From the NCBI GenBank assembly GCA_013239625.1, contig MU054323.1, positions 1,860,001-1,924,000 of the forward strand: a DNA stretch of 64,000 bases, read 5' to 3'. Positions 37,240 through 50,200 of the stretch are shown one piece after another. A program made the translations under genes and the position numbers. The number at the start of each line of letters is the position of its first letter. Within the stretch, counting starts at the first letter, position 1. The notes under the pieces were generated by a model. That model was not told the origin of the DNA. It ran no database searches and saw only the letters and a program-made list of their open reading frames with translations. The stretch comes from Lama guanicoe (taxonomy: Eukaryota).

Positions 37240-37501
37240 ACTTTGATGGATCATTTATCAATTCCTTTGTTTTTGAAGCAGAGATAGTTGTACCTGGATT
37301 GTTGACTGGGTGTGCCCCTATTCATGTCCTGGGCTTCCTGCCTTCAAGGAGGTTGAGGAGGGGAGCTCAGCGAGCTCCTCGTGGGGAGGTAGGGTTTACG
37401 AGAAAGAGCCTCGATTTTGGAGCCTGACAGTTCCGGTTTGAAATCTGTATTGCATAGGGGTGTTGACACCCCTAACCTTCGAGTTGTTCAAGGGCCAACT
37501 G
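37040..37501. mobile_element. Non-autonomous TcMar-Tigger element (Tigger2/MER8-type TIRs) inside an old L1 ORF2 relic
   Basis: TA|cagcagaccgtatacaac...tttgaactg ... gttgttcaagggccaactg|TA gives degenerate Tigger2 TIRs with a TA target duplication. Confidence 0.85.
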
Positions 37502-37702
37502 TAGTTTCAAACAGGGAAGTTTTTAAACAAAATATAGATTGGATGAAAGGGTAATGTCCATAATGTGTACAATCTAAGATCAATTAAAATAAATACTCAA
37601 ATAGAAAATGAGTAAAGGCCATAACATACATTTTATATTAGTAAAGACACAAAGCTCAATAATCAGAGTTTTAATCAGAATATGGGATAACTGACATGAC
37701 AG

Positions 37703-38190
37703 NNNNNNNNNNNNNNNNNNNNNNNNNNNNNNNNNNNNNNNNNNNNNNNNNNNNNNNNNNNNNNNNNNNNNNNNNNNNNNNNNNNNNNNNNNNNNNNNNN
37801 NNNNNNNNNNNNNNNNNNNNNNNNNNNNNNNNNNNNNNNNNNNNNNNNNNNNNNNNNNNNNNNNNNNNNNNNNNNNNNNNNNNNNNNNNNNNNNNNNNNN
37901 NNNNNNNNNNNNNNNNNNNNNNNNNNNNNNNNNNNNNNNNNNNNNNNNNNNNNNNNNNNNNNNNNNNNNNNNNNNNNNNNNNNNNNNNNNNNNNNNNNNN
38001 NNNNNNNNNNNNNNNNNNNNNNNNNNNNNNNNNNNNNNNNNNNNNNNNNNNNNNNNNNNNNNNNNNNNNNNNNNNNNNNNNNNNNNNNNNNNNNNNNNNN
38101 NNNNNNNNNNNNNNNNNNNNNNNNNNNNNNNNNNNNNNNNNNNNNNNNNNNNNNNNNNNNNNNNNNNNNNNNNNNNNNNNNNNNNNNNNN
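37703..38190. other. Assembly gap (488 N)
   Basis: Run of N. Confidence 1.
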
Positions 38191-40065
38191 AAGCAAATTG
38201 TTTTCCGTTCTTCAAATACACAAGGACCCTGTTGTTACCAGTGTAGTGGGCATGGTGCCCCTTTCATCTTGGACATTCAGCAAATGGCAAGAGTATGTTT
38301 GCATGGTGTGTCTGTGAAGTGTGTGTGTGACTGTGTGTGATGAGGCTCTGAAACAGTTCTGTGAACTGCCACTCTGAGAGTGTCAAAGACTAACTTATGA
38401 CAATGTGTGACCTCCTCCGGGGTTTAATTTTAAATAGAGACAGCTTCAGAAGGTAGATCATTTCTCTTCCCTTAGATTCTCCTATGTGAAGTGCACAAGC
38501 ATATCTTTATAGGTAGATGATGGATAGATGGATAGATAGATAGATGATAGATAGATCGATAGATCACAATGTCTCAGCAAAAATGTGTTCATCTCTATAG
38601 TTTCTGAAAATATATGCTTTCCCCACATCTTAGAAGCCTTACTTTTTTGCAAACAATAAGCATCGGGTGATGGAACAAATGATGATTTAGAAGCTAAAAT
38701 CTGTGTGTGACTGGCTGACTCTTGACTCCATCTCTGACCAGCTGTGTGCCCTCGAGCTGGTCACAATTGCTCTAAACTTCAGTCTTTTATGTGTTCAATA
38801 GATAGTGCAAATATCACTAGCCCTGTGATTCTATACAAATTTTCCTCATTTGCTTCGTCTGTAAAATAAGAATAATGGTGCTTTCTTAAAGGAATTTGTA
38901 AGACTGAAGAGATTCTCCATGTGAGGTAGAGCCGATGGAACAAGGTCTGAGGCAGAGGAAGCACTCGGTAATACCAGCTATTATTACAACCTCACAGTGT
39001 TGCCATCTTAAGTCATCTTAAAGATGGTATGTCAGTGAGTCCTATGCAGTAAGTTGTTTTATGATGCAGGTGTGGTGGTGGTTGTGCATATTTTTTGTTT
39101 GTGGTGCTAAACAATTTAATGTCTTCTTGGTTAACTATTTTTTGGGGAAAAAAGCATTAGATTCCCTACTCATTTCATGTATAAAAGTAAATTCCTGATG
39201 AATCAAGTAGTGAAATACAAAAAATGAAAATGTGAAAGAACTGGAAGAAGATATGAATATGGGTATGATATTGGACATTGAGAGCACCTTCAGAAACATG
39301 ACAAAATCAAAAATTATAAAATAAAAATCCATTCAGTTATACCACACGGAAACTGAAAACAAACAAAAAAAGCACCCTGCTTATGAGCGAGGATACCCGT
39401 AATACAGTGCAAGACTACAGCAGACCGTATACAACATTTGCTTATATGCAGATTTTTTTTTCAGTAAATACGGTACCTGTATTTTCATTTTACAGATCTT
39501 TAAGTGTGGAGGAAAGTTTGCATTCGATTAGAGATCACAATACATGAATCAAGAGAACGAGAGTTTGTCCTGATTCTATACAGTTTCAGCTTCTTACACT
39601 TTGATGGATCATTTATCAATTCCTTTGTTTTTGAAGCAGAGATAGTTGTACCTGGATTGTTGACTGGGTGTGCCCCTATTCATGTCCTGGGCTTCCTGCC
39701 TTCAAGGAGGTTGAGGAGGGGAGCTCAGCGAGCTCCTCGTGGGGAGGTAGGGTTTACGAGAAAGAGCCTCGATTTTGGAGCCTGACAGTTCCGGTTTGAA
39801 ATCTGTATTGCATAGGGGTGTTGACACCCCTAACCTTCGAGTTGTTCAAGGGCCAACTGTAGTTTCAAACAGGGAAGTTTTTAAACAAAATATAGATTGG
39901 ATGAAAGGGTAATGTCCATAATGTGTACAATCTATGTATAGATCAATTAAGAAAAAATAAATACTCAAATAGAAAATGAGTAAAGGCCATAACATACATT
40001 TTATATTAGTAAAGACACAAAGCTCAATAATCAGAGTTTTAATCAGAATATGGGATAACTGACAG
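38191..40065 (+). repeat. Right copy of near-identical duplicated segment
   Basis: Starts exactly at the gap edge with aagcaaattgttttccg (same as 35596) and ends at gggataactgacag. Confidence 0.97.
39418..39859. mobile_element. Tigger2-type element, right-copy version
   Basis: Same element as 37040-37501 with about 19-20 bp missing after gtatacaac; TA flanks. Confidence 0.85.
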
Positions 40066-40509
40066 CATGAATGTAAGTGATTATATTTTTCCAGCGAGTA
40101 ATATGGCAGTATATATTAGAATTAAAATTTTCCATCCCCTTTGATCAGAAAGTCCACTTTAAGGAAATTTTTCTTACTAAGTTACTTGTACTAGTTAGAA
40201 ATGATGTCAGTGTAGTAGTAATAATGGCCATTGCAGTAGTGGATTTTAGTGACAGAGAATTACAATCATTCCATACACTTAGTATCTGCGTAACAGTGTT
40301 GCTTTAACAGGTCAGCCCTATTCAGTGTGTGAGGAGGCTGAGGATATAAAGAGGTCCTTCCTAAAAAGGGTGTCCTTTTCTCGGTTCTGGTGGCAATGAT
40401 GCAGCCTCTGTTCCCCTAGTCCTGATGGGGATATATGAGCCTTGGCATTCATATGGGATGTTGTGGTCCTCTGAGCCCCAACCTGACTCTGAGCAATAGT
40501 TCTTGGGGC

Positions 40510-40635
40510 TGGCTTCTCACTACAATCATGTGGGTAAATATGCTGATTGCTAGGCCCCACCTCTAGATATTCTTACCTAATTGGTTTTGGATCAGGCATT
40601 GATTTTTTTTTTTAAAATGACCCTAGTGGAATGAT
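40510..40635. mobile_element. hAT-Charlie (MER5-like) relic
   Basis: tgctgattgctaggccccacctctagatattctt...aattggttttgg...aggcattgattttt. Confidence 0.55.
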
Positions 40636-42289
40636 TCCTCTCACTATATAGTTTTAGGCCAAGCCTGGAATCAGGACTCACCTACTGGATGAAAAATATT
40701 ATTATTCTTTCCATCCTTTTTTCCATGTATAAAGCAACCCTTACCCTGCCCAAATCCTTTCACCTCCTCAAGGGGTGACACCTTGCATAGATCCTTCAGT
40801 ACAAGCAGCCAAAATCATAAAAGCTGATCCAGCAGTGAATCCACAGGGTGTGCGAACAGAAGTATGAGAACTTCACTTGGACAGAACATTTCAGAAGGAA
40901 CCCAGGCCATCCATTAAGAGGTTTCCGAGGAGGGAACATTGTCATTGAGGAGAGAAGGTGATTTATTTTGCGGAGTTGCTTTGTCAGCTTTTTCATCAGC
41001 ATAAAAAGCAGCTGGAACAAATTGCCTAACTGGAAGAGGTAAATGGTACTAAAAAGCAGAACAGAAACCCCAGGAGGCTTTGGTTGTGGGTAAAAATACA
41101 CAGTAAATAGTACAAATGTGCATAGTATAAATATATACATTTCAAATATATAGTATAAAATAACCCATCCTCTAGGGGGGAAGTGATGACACTGTTCTTT
41201 CTAACCATTTTTCAATGATTCTGTTGGTGAAAGATCTAGAAAACAGAATACTAGTCTTCACGTTTCTAACATGCAGCTTGACCTTAATCAAGAGCTACTA
41301 TGTTTCTGAGCTTTCTTTTTTTTTTTTTTTTTGACATTTAAATTGGGAATAAGGTGAACTAAGCATTTTCCAAAATCTCTTCCTCTTCAAAAACACAATA
41401 TTCACACAATCTGGGACAGCACTGTAAAATTGGAACTTAATTTGCGTGTGAATTTAGGGTCCTAAGGGTTGCTGAGGACGATTACCTGCATTCTGTGAAA
41501 GGGGCACCTCTATACCTTCCTGAAGGGGAAGATGGAGAAGCAGGACATCACTTGGGATCTAGGGTTTCCACCAACTGTTCAGGGGACCAGAGTTCAAACA
41601 CCTCCACCCAAGTGTGGAGGGTTCCTATGGTCAACATGTAGGGCACATGCCTGGGAGAGGGGCTCAGGACTTGGGGTCAACCTGGGTAAGAATCAACAGG
41701 CTCTGAGGACCTAAATGAAACCTCCATCACATCAACTAGCTGGAAAAGAGCTGAGCACAATGAACATAAACTAATAGAAGTTGAGGCACTGCCACGCCTG
41801 GTACAATCAGAGTGGCACTAATTCCCCACAGTCAGAGCAAAAAAGATCTTGATCATGGCTGGAAAACCAGGCAGTGTTATTATGTACTAAACCTCCTATT
41901 TCAGATTCATTTAATCTCATGGGCAGCAAAGCAGAAATATAAAATAGCTTCACTCTGGAATTATGAGAGTGAAAAACTACAGAACACATCTTTTGTTCTC
42001 CATAAATCTCTCAAGTACAGCTCTGAAAGCTAACCCTTCTGGGCTTGCCTAAGGCAGCCTGACTTTATCACTCAGAAACTGGAAACATTAGGACAAAAGG
42101 TCTATTAGATCTAAGAAATTGAGAAGGTCTTAGAATACAGTCTACAAATACCTGAATGTAAAGTCATTTCAAAATACCCCGGCTGAAAATTTGGGGATGG
42201 AATAAATGTAAGAGGCTTCAGTATTTCTTCCAAACTTGCCAGCGTTTCGCCCTTGCTTCCGGAGTGGTACTGTTAGAACAGTTTGCATC

Positions 42290-42530
42290 AGGACGGCATT
42301 GTGGTTGACGATGCAGACTCTGAGAACAGATTGCCTATTTGAATTCCGGTCTGCCACTTTTTAGCTCTGTAACCAGGGACAAATGACTTCACCACTCTGA
42401 GCCTCAGTTTTCCCTTATTTAAATCGATGCGGGCTGCATTAGTACCTATTTCACAGAATGTGTTGAGGATTAAATAAAAGATCCTTCGAATAGTGGCTAA
42501 CACATAGTTAACTCTCTGTAAATGTTAACT
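42290..42530 (+). mobile_element. MIR, near full length
   Basis: gtggttgacgatgcagactctga...ctgccactttttagctctgtaacc...ctctgagcctcagttttccc...agtacctatttcacagaatgtgttgaggattaaat. Confidence 0.88.
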
Positions 42531-44094
42531 CTTAAAAAAGTAAAAAACTATCTAAGATGAAAAGAGTGAAGGTTTTCTCAGGCTGTTAATGGGGCTGGGA
42601 AGACAGACCCAGAAAAAGCCAAAATTAACAGGAAACTATTTCTTCCCAGATCCTACTGCAGCTGTAAAATCCCATATGACTCCCCCTCTGAGTGGTTACG
42701 GCTTTCTTATCTACGATTCCTCCAGACCCACCCTGCTACTCCCATATGTTACTGGGGATCTTCAATTGTAAAATCACCTTTGCCTCATGACCTAATTCCT
42801 AATTAATCTCTACTTTTCCTAATATAGCCTCAGAAAATGCGAGAAAGCCAGAAATGATCCCTGTTACCTTTGAATTTTCCTCCAAGTCCTTCATCAGGAT
42901 CCCAAACATTACAAAGGATGCTTCCTTCCTTCCCCTTTTCAAGTAGCGTTGCATGATTTCTCCGGGGTGCCTCCCTCACTGCACTGAATCAATAAATCTG
43001 ATCCAGCAGAGGCAGATTTGTTTCTGGTGGTCTTCACTTGATAAGACTTCGGCACTGTTGCTATTGTAGGGGAAATGGCAATAAAAGGTGTAAGGTGGTC
43101 TGGGACCCAGAGATGCCTTTGCATGTATTCCAGAGACATTTTATTCATTTATTGCTTACTTAAGTCTAAGACAGATTTTGGGGGGTGGGGGTGGGGAGGA
43201 GCTGGGATGGAGAATCACAAAGTTTTACCAATGGACATGGCTTTCTTGTTACTTTGCACAATTTGTGCATTGGCAATAAGAAATCAGCCATTTGTGGTTT
43301 GCTAACAGGTGAGGAAGTTTATTGAAAGAACAAACCCACTGAAGGGAAAATGAGAATCACTGAAAAGGTGGACTTTTTTTTTTTTTAAGAGAAGGAGAGT
43401 AGGGGTGAAAAAACGGCTTCGTATCATGCAAAAGGAAGAGTTTCTGCACTGAGCTCAGTGTTGGGGATCAGAGATGCAGTCAGAGCCATGATCTCTGCCA
43501 TGGGTAGCTCATGGCATGACAGGGGAGGGGGGCCCACACTGCAGAAAGCCTCCATGACTGCGAGAAAATCTCAACCACCAAGACGTAGGTCAATGTGTCC
43601 TTTGAATGGGGATATTGGCAGCCTTTCCCCAAAAGCAGTATTGACAGTCTGCCCAGAAAAGTCAATATTCCCATCTTGATGTGGAACATCACATTCAAGT
43701 GTCAATAGAGAGAGAGAGGAAAAAAAAGAAGAGTGGGAAAACAGAAGTGGTATGCAATTCCTTATTTTTGAGTCCTACCTCTTTTGGAAGACACACACTA
43801 CATTACATTCTATAAATATTAATGTCATAGCATTTTGGAAGGAAGAAAGCAATCAGGTGAGGGGTCAAGAAAGAGACAGACCCTTAAATGATCCTTGAAA
43901 GTTGGGTAGACCGGGGAGGGCGTCCTAAACTGGGGGAGAGTACACAGTAGAATGGTATGAGACTGGCATATAACAGTGCTGTTTCTCTAATCAGTGATTA
44001 ACTCGTTGAAAAGGTGTGGAAACATCTTCAGTGAAGTTTTGGCCAATTTAAAAAAAAAACCAACAATCCAGATTTACCTTCATTTACTAATCTA

Positions 44095-44280
44095 AAGCAG
44101 ATTTCGAATGATGAAAATATTTCATATCTGTGCTGTTCAATATGCTAACCACAGGGCTACTGAGCCCTTGAAATATGGCTGGTGTGCTAAGGAGCTGAAT
44201 TTTGACTTTAATTTTGATTGATTCAAATTTAAGTTTATACAGGTACGTATGGATAGTGGTCACCATATGGGACAACACAG
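44095..44280. mobile_element. hAT-Charlie MER3-like element
   Basis: atgatgaaaatatttcatatctgtgctgttcaatatg...gctactgagcccttgaaatatggctggtg...caccatatgggacaacacag. Confidence 0.8.
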
Positions 44281-47186
44281 AAAAGACTGGCCAACTTGTG
44301 AGTTATTTGGCAGAATTCTGCTCTTGCACTTTCATGGTGTTCCTCTCACAGAAAGCAGAGTCCAGGCGTAGGTCATTATAAATCCTGCTTACCTCTTTTT
44401 ACTAGGAATTAAAGACAACACAAGGTGCCACATTCAGATCTGGGCTGAATGTTTCTAATCTCTAGCCTCTGCTATACCTGAAGGTAATTCTTGGATAAAA
44501 CAAGTAAGCAAGCGAAAACCCCAAATCAACCAACCAAACAAAACACACTTTAGGGACAGTGATTGAGTTGTTCAGGTGGGATTGGTTGATACTGGTAATC
44601 CTTTGGGCCCTTATTTCTGGTTTCGAGTTTCATGATCTAAATCCATTTTAACAACTGCATGATTTATTACTTGTTAGGTTTTCAGACTATCCAATAGTTT
44701 AGTAATTGAAATGTTTATTTACTAATAGTAGAATTTAAGATATGTTTTTGAAGACCCAATCCTCTCATAAGCTTGACCAAGTTCTAATGTCCTGTTTTGC
44801 ATTAAACTGGAACACACTTGATTTTTCCACATTCAGTAAGTTGTCTAAATTGGGGGGTATAAATTGAATCAGGTCTTGTGACTGGGGGGCCATGTGAAGG
44901 GCCAGCCTGGCATGGTTGTTACAAGAGTTCTTATGACTTGATATTGCAAACAATCAAGACTGGCTTGGTCTGGAAACCCATCGTTCTCTCCCCGCTCTTC
45001 TCTAAGCTGCAGGCTGCCATTACGCGATCTTGTTCCCTTCTCTGTAAATGTTAGATTGAATTTTAATTTCACCCCAAAACACCAAGATAGAAGTAGGAGC
45101 AGAAGGAGCCACCTTTTAGCTTTCCACCAGGCCTAGTGCTTCAAGCTAGTTTGCAATATATATATATACTGGGACTAAAAAGAATTCTTTTCCATACTTG
45201 GGGAATAAATTGCTTCTGATTGTTTTTTTTCTGATAAACTCTTATTGAGTAGCTGTGAAAGGTTTGTTATGCTAAAATGAGCTATTATGTCAATATGATG
45301 ATGTTAATATGATTATGAACTGTCTTCCCTGGGAATAAAATAAAGCAGAGTCTTGGCTCACCAAATAACACACTTAGCCAAAGATACTTTGAAAGACTCT
45401 ACAATATTGATAACTACAGAAAACCAGAAGATTTTTCAATTGCTAAGTATATTAATAAAAAGCCAGGAATTATCTTTGCTGTTAGCAAAAACAGATTTTT
45501 ATAAAAATACCTGTTTTGTGTTCTTAAAAAAGGAGATCTTCTACAACACCGGTATTTCTTGTTTATTTTTAAAACTGTTCAATCTTATATGGAAAGTAAA
45601 GAGCTACATATTAGAAATGACTCCCCCTTAAGAAATCTATAATCTATTTGGTCATGACAGTTTCTATAATAGCTGCTAGTTTTGCTTTTGCATTTTGTTC
45701 TGCGACTTTTCATCAAATTTTATTTTAATGAGTGTTTTTTTTTCCCTTAAATTAGATTTTCCAGAGCTGTGTATCTGTTTTTTGTTATTTTTCAAAGAGC
45801 AAGTTCTGTTTTTTTAAAAATAAACTTTATTTTTAAAGTTGACTAATTTTACCTTAATTTAATTTTTAAATTTCTGTTTCCCCTTAGGACTTCCCTTATT
45901 TATTTAACATGTTGATGGTGGTGGTAGAAATTATAACTTCTTAAATTTAACATGTAGCTTCTTTCTTTCTACTTTCTTTTTTTTCCCCCTCCTCTTCCTC
46001 CTTCCCGCCCTCCTTTTTCTCTCTTTCACTCTTTCTAATGTTTGTCTACTTCTAGCCTACAAATTTAGAAGAATAATAGTCTTCTCTTTATTTCTTCTAA
46101 TTATTTATTATTGTATATTGAATTTCCCCTTTGACCTAATAATAATGTTTAAGGATATTTAAATATTTCTCAGCACTTGAATTTTTAATTTAAAAATCTG
46201 TTTGATGGCATTGTTAGAATGTGGTTTCCACAATGCCTGTCTTTAGGAGTCAGCTGAGATCTCCTTCTAGTTAGTATTCAATCAATTTTTATAAATATTC
46301 CATGGTCACTTGAAAAGGTTGTATATTTTTGTAAAGGACAGCATTCAATAGGTACCTATTGATTAAATCTTATCACGTACTTCAAATTATTGATGACCAT
46401 GTCACACTCTGAGTTGCATGGAGAATTCTTTCTCAATATGTATGGTTTAGGTAATTTTTTTCTTACAAATTAAAATTTCTAGAAAGCTACTTAATGTGTT
46501 TCAAAACTATACTATTTCTCACATACAGGTTTATGATTCATAGCTTTGTTGTAAATGGAGCCAGTAATTAGTGCTAATTTGCTCTCTCTGCTCTACTGCT
46601 TTGTATTGTAAATTCTACTGAAACTTGTTTACCCTTTCTGTTTTTCTTATATTTGCTTCTGCATATCTATACTTATATTTTAGCTTCCTCTCATGAATTT
46701 AAAGTGTTTCTTATAACTAATGTGATTTTTAACTAAACGTGACATATTTGATTTTTAAATAGATTTTAAACTACTTAAATTAGTGTAATTACTGACATGT
46801 TTGGTCTAGTTCCAATCATTTTTGCCTGTGCTTTCTGATGTTCAATTTTCTTTCTAGTTCTTTTTTTTTTTTTGATCATTTGATCATTTTGCTTGTTTTT
46901 GGTTATTTCAATATTTTGAATGGTAGAATAATATTTCATACTCAAAAAGTTGTGATGTTTAATTTTCTACAAGATAACTGAGTAAACCTCCTTTTGTCAA
47001 AAGATACTTTGTTACAAGAAGGATATAAATAAATCTAGAAAATAAGTAAGTTTGTAACTAGGAAAATGAATGCTGCTTTTATTTTTCATTCTAATTCCCT
47101 TTTCTTTGATTCTAGGATTTTGTAATGTTAGTCCCAGATTATTGTTCATGAAATAAATATACAAATACATAATGAACATACACATG

Positions 47187-47392
47187 CAAGCAGTCCTCTC
47201 TTCGCATGGTAGTGTGGGACTGTAAAAAATGTCTATATAAGCTGAAACTCTGCAAAATGATGTTAATAATCCATGAGAAAAATTGTAATTCTTCCATGAC
47301 CTTTAAAATTTTTGACGTAATGTAAATAACCCCCTTACAGTTGGTTATAAATGTATAGGGGAATGAAAAAGGCAAGATTAATATTTATTATC
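47187..47392. mobile_element. TcMar-Tigger terminal fragment (Tigger8-like)
   Basis: caagcagtcctctcttcgcatggtagtgtgggactgtaaaaaatg...gctgaaactctgcaaa...gacctttaaaatttttg; cut off by the adjacent L1. Confidence 0.65.
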
Positions 47393-47399
47393 TGGTGAT

Positions 47400-48086
47400 T
47401 TTTAAAAATAACAGTCTTATTAAGCTATAATTCACATACTATAGAATTCATTCTTCTGAAATGTACAATTCAGCAGTTTTTAGTCTATTTGGAGAGCTGT
47501 GCAATCATCAGCAGTATTTAATTGCAGAATATTTCATCACTGCATAAAGAGACCCCGCAGCCACTAGCGGTTACTCCTCCTCCTTCCTTTCAACATCTGG
47601 CCGCACTAATCTACTTTCTGTCTGTATAGATTTGCCTACTCTGGCCTTTTATTATAAATGGAATCATACAGTATGGGGTCTTTTGTGTCTGGCTTCTTTC
47701 ACATAGCATAATGTTTTCAAGGGTCAGCCACGTTTCAGCCTGCATCACCACTTAATTTCTTTTTATTGCCATATAACATTAAATCATATAGCTACACTAC
47801 ATTCTGTTTATCCATTTATCAGTTGATGGTCGTTTGGGTTAGTTCTACTTTTTGGTTATGATGAGTAATGCTGCAGTAATGGACATTATAGTACACGTTT
47901 TGGGTTTTTTTTGTGGACATATCTTTTCAGTTCTCTTGGATATAGGATTGAAATTGCTGGATCACATGATAACTCCATGTTGAACATTTTGACGAACTCC
48001 CTTCCAAACTACCTGCACTGTTGTACAATCTGCCAGTAATATATGAGGGTCCCTATTTCTCCATATCCTCACCAACACTTGTTATT
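47400..48086 (-). mobile_element. L1MB-type 3' end, antisense
   Basis: tataattcacatactatagaattca...atgtacaattcag...ataaatggaatcatacagtatggggtcttttgtgtctggcttctttcac...ccatatcctcaccaacacttg. Confidence 0.9.
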
Positions 48087-48099
48087 GAGGACAGCAATT

Positions 48100-48915
48100 A
48101 TATCCTTACTGATTTTCTGCCCTCTGGATCTGCGTTTTCTTCTTGCAGGGATGTTGAAGTCTCCAGTGAAAGTAGGCATGCCGGTAAGGTGTTGGAGTAG
48201 CAGAAGTCTACATTCCTACGGTTAGGCTCCAGTTTTTAGTGCGGCCATGCCTCTGGACTGTGGACTTTACATGTGCCTCTTGGTTCTTCCCCCTCACCCC
48301 TCCTTGGATGGGGCAGTATGGTTAGAGTGGGCTGGAGTGGGATATTTACCTTCTCCACAAGAAGACCAGAGCTGGCTAGAGTTAACTATTTCCCTTCCCT
48401 TATGGCAGTTAAACTCAAAATTCCAGCAGATCTGGAGCTGGTTCACTCATTTCCCCTGAGAGTAGACCTTATTAGGATGAACAGAATGCTCAGGTGTATT
48501 TCAAAATGTTTCTTTTTCCCCTCCCCCTACAGGATGCATGAAGAGATTTTTCTCCAACAATCACTTTGAGAATCTGATGGAGCTCTAGAAGATCTAGAAG
48601 TGTTGGGGCTCCCCACTATGGGGCCCTCTGGAGTTTTTATCTCTCAGACTTGCCCACACTGAGCATCCAGCAATTCATCAGTTATAGTTATAGTTCTGGT
48701 TTCCCCATCCTGTTAATGGCTTCATGGAGTTTCCTTCTCATGGGTTTCTGAACCAGTAGGTTGTGATTCTCTGTATTTGTCTGTCTCTGTAATTTGGGGA
48801 GTAGCATTTTGCCCTATGACCTCACTTCTCTTAGAGAACTAGGGGAGTTGTTGATTTTTATTTGTTAAGCTTTTTTTACTTGTTGTTAGGATGGAGTGGA
48901 AACTTCCAAGCTTTT
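48100..48915 (-). mobile_element. L1M 5' region (L1MC/MD-type), antisense
   Basis: ctcagacttgcccacactgagcatccagcaattcatca...gccctatgacctcacttctc...acttgttgttaggatggagtgg. Confidence 0.6.
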
Positions 48916-48999
48916 GAAAGTCTGCATCATGCTTTTAAAATAGCTCAACACAATTCAAACTATTCAACATTTCCCAGAAAGTAAAGCTCATTTCTCTAG

Positions 49000-50200
49000 G
49001 ATAATTTGGTCAGATGGAAGATTACTAATAGAAATATAGTTTAGATTGTTTTCTTTTCAAGATGGATTGAAAGGATCTGGAGACTTGTCAGTGCATACAA
49101 TGACTATAACATGGGATAAACATTGGTCAAACCCTTATGAAATAGCTATGTATGGTGTACTCTGATAGCATATGTTCCTTTTCTTTATTCTGATATTGTG
49201 GGTTACTGTGACATGCGTTATTGCCATCAATAAGTAGTCTACCTTCCTCTCATGCTTGCCGGCAGTCTATTTAATAAGCTACAGGAAAAGGAATTGAATC
49301 TTCAAGGAAGATGGTCCTTTTTAGAATCTTGTGGAAAGAACTATGCTAGGTACTCTTAACCATTTGTACTTCAAAGAATAGTCTTGGGTAAGGGGTTGTA
49401 AACCAACATTGCTTAGACAATTGTCATAAAGCACGAGGGGACAAATCATATTTTCAAGCCTATTTATAGTCTAGAAGTAAATGACTTTATGAAAAGCCAG
49501 ACTGGTAACTAAAGTTCCAGCAAAACAAGAATTAATCACAGAGAACCAAGTGAACTGAGGAAGGCAAATTGTGGTTGCTTGTCCTGAAACACTGTTGGTA
49601 GGCATTATTTTTAATGTTCTGCATTTTTTAATGAGAATCTGCGGAAGTCCTTTATATTTCTTTTTGATGTATCTCTAACCCTCAAATTAGTAGGTTAAGC
49701 TTTTATAACAGAAATAAAAACACTCTTTAAATGATGTTGTATTCTTCCTGACCAGAAAGAATTTTATCAGCAAATACTTTCACGGAGTTTCTTTACTTTC
49801 ACTGGCAAAATAATCATGTCTGAATCTTCAATGAGAATCTTATTTTGCAGTCACAGCTAACCTGGAGAGTTCTTTCAGAGCATAAAGTTAATCCAATCAG
49901 ATATGGAAAACCCACCATTGGGAATAAGGTTAAACTTCATGTTTAAACCCAATGCCCATGAGATCCTTCCAGGAACCTGTGGCCAGCCTTTTGTAATCAC
50001 GAATGACCTTTAGAGATTATTTACTACCCCTAAGGTTAAGAGAAATTATTCAGGACTTGGAAATAAATCAAAAGGATGATTGTATATCCTTTTAAAGTGC
50101 TGGGCGTTGTTTAAGAGGCCCATTCAAGGATTGTTTAGCACACTGAGGGTAAAATTCTTGTTTGACTTCCTATATGTGCGTAATTAGGGCCACAATTTTA
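49000..50200. mobile_element. Possible decayed ERV1 internal non-coding segment
   Basis: caagaattaatcacagagaaccaagtgaactgagg and neighbours recall MER4-group internal sequences; no gag/pol/env ORF seen. Confidence 0.3.

Larger units (their letters stand above)
35596..37702 (+). repeat. Left copy of near-identical duplicated segment
   Basis: Matches 38191-40065; the ORF track shows identical peptides in both copies. Confidence 0.97.

Noticed and set aside
37580..38340. ORFs of 173-214 aa across the gap
   Set aside because: Made almost entirely of X from the N run.
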